From Lytechinus pictus (lineage: Eukaryota), in NCBI RefSeq assembly GCF_037042905.1, contig NC_087251.1:45572001-45636000 (forward strand): a DNA stretch of 64,000 bases, read 5' to 3'. A model generated the notes under the pieces. The model worked only from the letters and a program-made list of their open reading frames with translations. It was not told where the DNA came from and searched no databases. Position numbers and translations under genes: made by a program. This document shows positions 1 through 8,219 of the stretch, piece by piece; the first letter of the stretch is position 1, and every line of letters starts with the position of its first letter.

Positions 1-491
1 CAAATAAAATTACCACCAGCAATCAGCACACCTAACGTTATACATGGCAATATACGAATAAAATAATACGATACGATACACTACACGAAGATAAACGATA
101 CTAGTTATAATCGCGATAAATCGAGACATGAAAAAGTTAATAACGATAATGACGTCATTCAAGATGGCAACTTGCAAGAAAAACCGTCAGGTCAGGTGAA
201 AATGTCTTAGATGACAGATTTCTCAATCATCCAGAGGATTTTTTTCAATAACTCCGGCCCAAGGTATGCAATTAGCTTAAGTTATCTATATTACACTGAT
301 AATGGAAACCATGAAAATGTCAATTTTGCCTAAAAAAAGTTTTAAATCGCGATCTATAAAACGCTAGTTCACTATACGTTGGCTGTAGGTAGGGGCCCCC
401 TCCGCTTCAGTCTATGTATGGTGAGTGAGCCAACGCAGTTCAGCGGAACAACCAAAATACAGAGACTGAAGCTTTTGGTCTACCTCAGTAC

Positions 492-624
492 CTGAACAGA
501 TGCCAGAAGTGGCTGCCATGAAATATTTCCCTTTGCGGAACTGTAGTCTAACATCCTTTGGAGTTTGGCCTCTCATCATCTCCTGGAAGTTCTTCTGCAT
601 ATCAGGTGCTCCTGTTGACGTCAT
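492..624 (-). CDS. DGLUCY: Probable first coding exon of a D-glutamate cyclase (DGLUCY/C14orf159, UPF0317/DUF1445)-like gene; rest lies left of the window
   Basis: ATG at 624, then 44 codons +1 nt to a donor TCAG|gtactg at 492/491. Peptide TPKDVRLQFRKGKYFMAATSGICSG resembles the recalled UPF0317 N-terminus (P..VR..IR.G....PTSG...GY.QANLVIL). Lies in a CpG-richer region. Confidence 0.6.
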
Positions 625-1010
625 CCTTCAATAATCGTTTCTAAGGCTCAGTGAACCTAGTACTAGTAGTAGTCTTACTACTCTTGACTGAGCTGAGCGG
701 AGGCCCTGACTGCGGAGCTCGCCGTGCGGAGCTGAGGCTTGAGCGGTGAGGCTGAGATTGGGCTTAATTCGAACTTGTGCTGTTCGTTGGTTCGGAAAAT
801 GTGTAGGCCTTTACCAAATGAATTATGATCCCTGATATGAGCCGGGCAATTAGCTTAGTTTAACTTTTAGACCCGGTTTTCAAGAATATCCTCTCGAATA
901 TCCTTCTCCGACCGACCTTGGTTTGTTTCCACTCGCCTCGACAGAGTTTACTACACTGTCATGTGACAAGACAAAGTCACATGACCAGTTACGCCTATCA
1001 TCAGGTGACA
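625..1010 (-). promoter_or_regulatory. Putative promoter/5' UTR region of the DGLUCY-like gene
   Basis: Locally CpG/GC-enriched. Possible UTR intron (donor TTG|gtaaag near 815, acceptor ctag near 657). Paired GTCATGTGAC/GTCACATGAC E-boxes at 958-967 and 976-985. Confidence 0.4.
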
Positions 1011-1089
1011 TTTGTTTATCTTTGCGAGATGTTCTTTAATCGGGGCAAAATCGGGGGCAAAATGAATGTTACCCCCTTCCCCATCATAA

Positions 1090-1670
1090 GAAGAAGAGGA
1101 AGGAGATAGAGGAAAGAAGGGCTGAGGAGAAGAAGAAGAAGGAGAAAGATAAGAAGAAGAAATAAAAAGGAGGAGTAGGATGTATGAGAAGGAGAAAGAG
1201 AAGAATAAGAACAGAGAAGAATAATTAAGGAGAAGAGGTGAGAGAGAAGCTAGGAGATGAAGGAGCTAGAATAAGGAGGATAAGAAGAAGGAAAAAAAAG
1301 AGGAGTAGGAGGAGAAGAAGAGGAGGAGGAAGAAGAAGGATAAGAGAGAGGAGAAAGAGAAGGAGAATAAGAAGAGAAGAATAGGAGGGAAAAGAGGAGG
1401 AATATGATTAGGAGAAAGAGAATGGGAGGAGAAAGGGAAGGAGAAGGGAAGGAGAAGGGGAGGAGGAATAAGACAAGAAGGAGAAAGAGAAGGAAAATAA
1501 GAGGAGTAAGGTATGAGAGGAGAAGATGATGATAAAAAGGGGGAAGAGGAAGAAGAAAACAAATTGAATAAAAAGGAGGTGAAGAGGATGAACAGAAGGA
1601 GAATAATTTAGAAGAGATAGAGTGAAGAAGAGGGAGGAGAAAGTAAACAGGAGTGGAAGAGAAGGGGGAC
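1090..1670. repeat. GA-rich low-complexity polypurine tract
   Basis: Almost exclusively A/G (gaagaag, gaggag) for about 580 bp; second copy at about 8220-8545. Confidence 0.9.
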
Positions 1671-2128
1671 CAGATGTGCACTGACAAAGAGTGTGACTTT
1701 GCCTTTCAATTTTTATAGAGCTATGATCTGTTTGTTTATAATGGTATGTTATGACCAGTCATTATTCTTATGTATAAACAAAACGTCTTCACTTATAAAA
1801 CAATGAAAGCGTGAAGCATGAGCTGGACTTTTTTTTTTGGGGGGGGGGGGTGTTGAAATAGTGACCTGCAAGTTGCCAATTCTTGCCTCCTTATTTTCTT
1901 CCATTTCTTTTCTTCTTCCTCATATTTTTTTTTGCCTTTCCCTTTTTTTCCCCCTTTTGTTCTTTTTAAACCTCTGATTTTTTTTGTGGGAGGGGGGGGG
2001 GGCAAAATTATATTTTGCCCCCCCCCCACAAAAATATTCCGGCAACAAACAAACCAGGCAGTCAGACCAGCATACTCCAAATTCTTGAGTTGTCGGTTGT
2101 AATTCTACTGGTTCAAATGTTGAGATGG

Positions 2129-2314
2129 GCTAAGCTGAAAGGCCTTTCAATTTACATCAATGAAAATCTAACACGGAAGCGATCTCAGCTGTTCTGGCAA
2201 GTAAAGAAGGGAAACCTCCCGCAAGTCCACAAAGTCTGGACTCAAGACGGAAGAGTAACAGCGATGAATAAGAGTGTAAAGGACCTCGGAAAACTTGACC
2301 AATTGAAGGAATGA
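2129..2314 (+). pseudogene. C-terminal remnant of LINE ORF1
   Basis: AKLKGLSIYINENLTRKRSQLFWQVKK...KVWTQDGRV matches the typical ORF1 C-terminal pattern (I.INE.LT..R..LF....W..DG.I). Starts exactly at the insertion junction. Confidence 0.75.
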
Positions 2315-2685
2315 GACAACAATATCAATCAAATTCACTGAACTGTAATACTTGGTCTGCTTGAGCACACAGGCGAATTCCTGTTTACTATTTGCTTTAA
2401 ATTGCACTATTAAATATACGATTTGTTTTTAATAACGTTAATCACTAGAACTTGGTTCTTATTTTATTGAATATTTGTATAAAATTACATTCATTACTTA
2501 CACGTAATACTTTTCACTTGTTTTGAAGTGTGACAATTTACATTTTATTGTTATTGTTGCTGTTGCTATTTTGCACATATTCGGGTTTTTCATGTATATA
2601 TATTTGATAATTAAAATGATTAATGTATATAAATTGCTTAGAGTGGAGGAAGTAAAATCTCAACCTAATTTCAACATAAGATTTA

Positions 2686-5600
2686 ATGATTAAATACCCA
2701 TGTTCAATTTGTAATAAATCTGTTAAAATAAATCAAAAGGCTTTGTTATGCACTGTATGTTCACAGTGGGTGCATATAGTTTGTGGCGGGGTCTCAAGAG
2801 AGACCTATGATTCAGATGAACTGTTTGAAAATTGGCAGTGCCCGAAATGTATTCTCCAAAGTGTATTACCTTTTTGGAATGATCCTGATCTATCTACTGA
2901 AGTCGTGTATAACTGTAATAATATTTCTGTCGACGCACATGATGATATGTCAACCGAAACTAATGATTTTGCTCTAAAAGATATTAAAGGTATAAAATTA
3001 GCTCATCTTAATGTCAGAAGCATTGTTAATAAAGTTGCTGATTTACAATGTTGGCTGAATAATAACCCTTATGATCTACTAGGAGTGTCAGAAACATGGT
3101 TAACAAAAGAACATTCTGATAGCTTGATTTCTGTTAAAGGTTATAAGTTTGAGAGGAAGGATAGATGTACTCATGGAGGTGGAGTGGGATGTTTTATATC
3201 AGAAAATTTATCGTATATAAGGAGATTGGATCTTGAATCTGTTGCCTTAGAAATAATTTGGTTGGAGTTGCAACGTAGCAATAGTAGCTCATTATTTATT
3301 GGTATATTGTATAGAAAACCGGATAATCATTTAGATTTTTTTGACAGTCTTGAAAGTAATCTTGAGAAATTGTATACAGTTACAAACAACGTCATCCTTC
3401 TTGGTGATTTTAACTGTAATATGCAAACCATAAATAATCTTTCTAGAAAAGTTTCCAGTCTCCTTACTACAATGCAAATGACACAGGTTATATCTGAACC
3501 CACTAGAATTTCACCACATAGCCAGTCAGTAATCGATTTGGTATGTATTTCTGATGCACTTGTTGACAATATTATTAAGTCAGGAGTGCAGTCAGCTGGA
3601 CTTAGTGATCACTCTGTGATTTTTACTGCAATTAAAGGGAAACATCAATCCCTTTCTCCGAAAATAACTAAATGTCGTTCATTCAAGTACTTTGACAGTG
3701 AGAAATTTAAAGATGATGTAAGGAAAGTTGATTGGCATGAGTTTTATTCCTGTGGGACTGACGTTGAAAAATTGTGGCACTACTTTAAAAACACACTCCT
3801 GGACATTTGTGACAGGCATGCCCCCGTGATATCAGTGCGGCAAAAACAAAGAGGGGTACCTTGGATAAATGATGATTTTTTGGTGTTAGCACGCGAAAGG
3901 GATTATTATCGAAAGCAATTTAGAAAAACTAGATTAATTTATTGGTGGAATAAATTTCAGTTTTCCCGTAACAGAGCTAATAACTTGATTAAAAATTTGA
4001 AAAAGAAGTATTATCAGGACAAATTTAAGGACTGCGAAAATGACATAAAAAAGAACTGGAACATTTTATCGAAGCTTATACCTAAGAAAAATAAAACCAC
4101 GAGTCATGATGTTAAATTAACAATTGATAATGATCAAATACCTAACAATGAAATAGCTCACGTTCTAAACAAAGCCTTTAATGAAGTCGGCTCAAGGTTG
4201 CAAGCCGCTTCGGGTAATTTCTCGAAAGATTTATTAAACAATTTACAAACTCTGTTTATTCCAGATTGTGAATTTAAATTTTATGCAATCAAAAAGGAGT
4301 ATGTTTTGAAAGAACTATTACATATTGATTGTTCGAAAGCGGTCGGAGTAGATGGCATTCACCCTAAGTTTCTCAAGCTGGCAGCAGAGAGTATAGCTGG
4401 CCCTTTAACCCATTTATTTAATGCAACTTTACAAACTAGTGTTATTCCAGAAGATTTTAAAACAGCAAGAATTACTCCTGTACATAAGGGAGGATCATTT
4501 GATATTGACAATTATAGACCAATTTCTGTGCTTCCAGTCCTGTCCAAAATACTAGAGAGAGCAATACATGATAAATTGTATAAGTACTTAAATGTAAATG
4601 ATCTACTTGCAAATTGTCAGTCTGGCTTCAGACCGTCTTATTCTACTGCCACTTGTCTAACTGAGATTACAGACTTTTTGTATGATAAAATGGACCGAAA
4701 ACATGTTACTGGTGGTATTTTCTTGGACTTACGCAAAGCTTTTGATGTTATTCCTCACAATTTTATACTTGCAAAACTTAAGTACTATGGTATTACTGGC
4801 AATGAATACAACTGGATGGAATCGTATTTAACAGACAGAAGGCAATTTGTAATGATTAACAATTGTCGCAGTGAATTTTTGAAGATAAAATCAGGTGTCC
4901 CACAAGGATCTATACTGGGTCCATTGATATTTTGTATTTTTATTAATGACATGTGTAATTTGAAATTGCATGTACATTCTAAAATGTCTCTTTATGCTGA
5001 TGATACCGCCATTTTTAATCACGGTGAATCAATTAAGGAGGTACAAAAGTATTTGCAAGATGATTTTGATTCAATAAGTAAATGGCTAGACTTAAATAAT
5101 ATGCATTTACACCCGCAAAAAACAAAAGCCATGGTATTTGGTCAAAAGAAAAAGTTGAGGGGTGCTCATTTGTCAGTGAAATTCAGGAACATACAATTAG
5201 AAAATGTAAAAAAGATTAAATACTTAGGTGTCATGCTCGATCCGGGCTTGACTTGGTGCGAACATATTACTAATATCGTTTGTAAAATATCTCGGGCAAT
5301 AGGTTGTGTAAGGCGGATTAAGCACTTACTGTCCTTTGATATTATGAAGAAGCTGTACTTTTCTATGGTTTTACCTTACATTGATTACTGTATTACATCT
5401 TGGGGAAGCAGTGCAAAAATACATTTAGGTAAGATACAAAAACTTCAAAATAAATATGCCAGAATGCTTTTGAAAAAAGATTATAATACATCACAAATTT
5501 CTTTGTTGCAGTCACTGAAGTGGCAATCAGTAGATCAGCGTATAAAATATCAGTATTGTGTTCTTGTATATAAAATAATGAATGATTTAGTTCCAAATTA

Positions 5601-5814
5601 TTTAAAACCTTTAGTATGTAAACGGCCCGTGAAATACAGGACACGGTATTCTTTACGATGCCCCCTTCAGCTTCCCAAAGCTAGAATTGAACATAAAAGA
5701 AAATCTTTCGCATATGTCGGACCCAAATTATTTAATGCACTTCCTTCAAATTTACAAGTTTGTACCTCCTTGTTAGTTTTTAAAAAATTATGCAAAGCCT
5801 TTCATACGAATTGA
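2686..5814 (+). CDS. LINE ORF2: PHD finger + apurinic-like endonuclease + reverse transcriptase (1042 aa)
   Basis: N-terminal C4HC3 PHD (CSIC..CTVC..H..C..CPKC). APE motifs HLNVRS, SETWL, GGGV, LGDFN, IDL, SDH. RT motifs NYRPIS, QSGFR, FLDLRKAFD, GVPQGSILGP, YADDT, KYLGV. No stops or frameshifts. Confidence 0.97.
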   Translation: MIKYPCSICNKSVKINQKALLCTVCSQWVHIVCGGVSRETYDSDELFENWQCPKCILQSVLPFWNDPDLSTEVVYNCNNISVDAHDDMSTETNDFALKDIKGIKLAHLNVRSIVNKVADLQCWLNNNPYDLLGVSETWLTKEHSDSLISVKGYKFERKDRCTHGGGVGCFISENLSYIRRLDLESVALEIIWLELQRSNSSSLFIGILYRKPDNHLDFFDSLESNLEKLYTVTNNVILLGDFNCNMQTINNLSRKVSSLLTTMQMTQVISEPTRISPHSQSVIDLVCISDALVDNIIKSGVQSAGLSDHSVIFTAIKGKHQSLSPKITKCRSFKYFDSEKFKDDVRKVDWHEFYSCGTDVEKLWHYFKNTLLDICDRHAPVISVRQKQRGVPWINDDFLVLARERDYYRKQFRKTRLIYWWNKFQFSRNRANNLIKNLKKKYYQDKFKDCENDIKKNWNILSKLIPKKNKTTSHDVKLTIDNDQIPNNEIAHVLNKAFNEVGSRLQAASGNFSKDLLNNLQTLFIPDCEFKFYAIKKEYVLKELLHIDCSKAVGVDGIHPKFLKLAAESIAGPLTHLFNATLQTSVIPEDFKTARITPVHKGGSFDIDNYRPISVLPVLSKILERAIHDKLYKYLNVNDLLANCQSGFRPSYSTATCLTEITDFLYDKMDRKHVTGGIFLDLRKAFDVIPHNFILAKLKYYGITGNEYNWMESYLTDRRQFVMINNCRSEFLKIKSGVPQGSILGPLIFCIFINDMCNLKLHVHSKMSLYADDTAIFNHGESIKEVQKYLQDDFDSISKWLDLNNMHLHPQKTKAMVFGQKKKLRGAHLSVKFRNIQLENVKKIKYLGVMLDPGLTWCEHITNIVCKISRAIGCVRRIKHLLSFDIMKKLYFSMVLPYIDYCITSWGSSAKIHLGKIQKLQNKYARMLLKKDYNTSQISLLQSLKWQSVDQRIKYQYCVLVYKIMNDLVPNYLKPLVCKRPVKYRTRYSLRCPLQLPKARIEHKRKSFAYVGPKLFNALPSNLQVCTSLLVFKKLCKAFHTN

Positions 5815-6264
5815 TAAAGAGCGAAATGATATTCCTTTGATTTACAATGCTATGTATGTTTAAATTGTCACTTCCCACTCTATATTTTGGTGTTAATTGT
5901 TTCTGATGTTAGATATTTTGTATTTTTGATGTTGTTTGTTGTTGTTGTTCATAGTTATCTTGACATGTATTTTAAACTGCAGGGCGCCTTTGTAAAGCAG
6001 TTTTAAGAACTGAACAGGCCTACCCTGCAGTATAAAATAAATAAAACAAAATAAATAAATAAATAAATAAATAAATAAGAGGAGTAAGCTGAAATTTATG
6101 TCAAGAGTTAAAGATGTCAGCTGTCAAAATATCAGATAAAAATAATAAACAGATGTATGTTTTGATTAATCCAGAAAGGAGGTACACCTACGGTAGAAAA
6201 AAATCATGACAAAAGTGAAAATTTGTAACAGGTAAAAATGTCAGAGGAAGATTTTGTTTTTCTC

Positions 6265-6858
6265 AAAGGCTTCTGTCCACTGCATAAAAATGTTGATTTG
6301 AATCAATAGAGAAAAATCAAAGAAGAATATAGTGATGAATATTTCATCAAAATAGGATGTTATAAGAAAGTTAGGACATTTTAAAGTTTTGCTTATTTTT
6401 CTCCAAACAGTAATATGCACAACTCAGGGATATGCAAACAAGAGTTGATGATATGTCCCTCACTCACCATTTTTGTTTCTGTTTGAATTACACTATATTT
6501 CATTTTTCATATATTTGACTATAAGGACCAACTTGACTGAACCATGAAATGTTAAAATAATGATAATTCCACATGTTGCGTGAGGAGAAAACTTTGTTTC
6601 ACAGGTAAATGAGGAGCAAATTAGAATATTTCATATAATAAAATACAAAAGGAATAGTGAGTGACGTCATCAGTCCCCTCATTTGGATACAGACCAGGAT
6701 GTGCATATAACTGTTCTGTGAAATTACGCGAAACTTCAAAATGTCATAACTTTGTTACGTCTGATTTGATGAAATGTTCAGTGCTATGCTTGTTGGATTA
6801 TTCTCTTTTTATTAAAAAAACACTTTTTTTTTGGGGGGGGGGTGGACTTGTCCTTTAA
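6265..6858. mobile_element. Non-autonomous TTAA-flanked DNA element (Kolobok-like), left end degenerate
   Basis: Ends ggtggacttgtcc-tTTAA. Homologous to 59704-60304. Duplicate at about 9180-9761. Confidence 0.7.
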
Positions 6859-7339
6859 AGGCGAAATTCACCTTGAAAATAAGTTGGTTTTGATGAAAGT
6901 AGATAAAATTGAGAAAACTATTAGTGAAGGTTTGATTAAAATCTGTCAATGAATGAGAGATTTATGAAATATTGAAGTTTTGTAAAGTCATTTGTGAGTA
7001 GCTTCCACATGTATCATGTTATATATTTTAACAGAACATAGTGAATAAAAATATTTTTCAATAAGGGGGCGACAAATGATGTGTCTAATCAAGGAGATAT
7101 CACCTCTAAGAGGTGATATCTCCTTGGTCTAATGATATATCCATTCCACAAAATATGAAATCACTTTATTTTTATGTGACATTAAAAAAAAATTGTATCA
7201 CATGACATAAGGAGTTGTCTACGACATCACAAATTTTCACATGAGTTTAAAGATTCTGAACATAAAATCTTTAAAAATATTCATCTCCAGTTTTTCTGAT
7301 TTTATGAAAACAATTTGTTAGGATGAACGTCCCCTTTAA
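6855..7339. mobile_element. Second TTAA-flanked element sharing the TTAA at 6855-6858
   Basis: TTAAaggcgaaattcacc ... ggatgaacgtcccctTTAA imperfect TIRs. Confidence 0.6.
7090..7126. mobile_element. 37-bp perfect palindrome with 7-bp flanking direct repeat (minimal TIR-only element)
   Basis: caaggagatatcacctct-a-agaggtgatatctccttg flanked by gtctaat (7083-7089, 7127-7133). Copy at 9989-10025. Confidence 0.7.
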
Positions 7340-7556
7340 GTAGGCTTCTAATGTCAGATGAAGGTTTCAATATGGATCTGCCAAATTGCTTACAATAGAA
7401 ATAACCATTTTAATTTTAGTTATAAAATAAAAAATCTATAAGGATTTTATACATAGGTTCATGTGAGACACGATTTTTCATGATTTTGTATAAGGTGTTT
7501 TGCAACAGTTTCTAGAAAAATACATTTGTTTTTTCCATTTCACAGAGATGGTTTCA

Positions 7557-7709
7557 GGGCCCCATAGCATAAAAGTTATCATTATGGTAACTCAAATGGT
7601 AACTACCACAGAATCCTTGATTTAGATTGGCTGATTAGCATTGTTACCATGGTAGTTACCATTTGATGGAAAAGTTACTATAATAGTAACTTTTATGCAA
7701 CGGAGCCCT
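7557..7709. mobile_element. MITE (GGGCCC-type TIRs); duplicate at about 10439-10579
   Basis: gggccccatagcataaaagtta ... taacttttatgcaacggagccc. Confidence 0.75.
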
Positions 7710-8219
7710 GATATCCCTCTATATTCAGTATAACATTTTTCTGAGGTTAATTGGCACGCAGGTTGTCTGGGACAAAGTCTACGAAATTCTATATTAATTT
7801 ATTTCATGCCAATCGCTATTAATTGATTATGCGTAATTAGTATGCAAACTCATACTTTTTCCTCTAACTCGATAATTAAAGCACCAAATGTCTACATCTT
7901 TGGTGTAGAAACTCTTTGTTGGGTTCTTAGCAAATGTGCATGACATGACACTTGCGACATCAGATCAATTTATGTATTATATTGTTTTTTTGCAATTTCT
8001 TACGCATTTTTTCTTTTTTACTTTTTGTTTTTCATTGTTTTTTTCTATGAACTTTTGAGATCATAAATAGCATTAAATAAATCCATTTAGACCAGCAAAA
8101 CTAAAAATAATCATACATTTATGATTTTTGGTTGAAAACACAACACGAAATCACATTCTTGAGCAATTTTTGGTCTGACATGCACTTACAAAAATGTTAC
8201 GTAATTTCAGAACCGCGTA

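Larger units (their letters stand above)
2129..6076 (+). mobile_element. 5'-truncated non-LTR retrotransposon (CR1/L2 group, Crack/Daphne-like)
   Basis: Absent from the duplicate copy. Contains an ORF1 C-terminal remnant, a spacer, a full ORF2, a 3' UTR hairpin and a (TAAA)n tail at about 6033-6076. Confidence 0.92.
1376..8219 (+). repeat. Tandem duplication copy 1 (about 2.9 kb: 1376-2128 + 6077-8219, interrupted by a LINE)
   Basis: Near-identical to 8220-11117 along its length, ending at ...cagaaccgcgta. Confidence 0.9.

Noticed and set aside
1..395. Possible transposon end in the DGLUCY-like intron
   Set aside because: Looks repeat-like, but no partner terminus or second copy in the window supports a call.
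1250..1687. S/F/L/P-rich ORFs (also 8132-8587)
   Set aside because: Artefacts of the GA-rich low-complexity tract.
2015..2314. 99-aa ORF as a standalone gene
   Set aside because: Chimera of flanking DNA (2015-2128) and the LINE ORF1 remnant.
2600..2700. 2A-like (D[VI]ExNPGP) peptide ahead of the PHD, as seen in some CR1/L2-group elements
   Set aside because: No such motif; in-frame TAA at 2677-2679 precedes the ATG.
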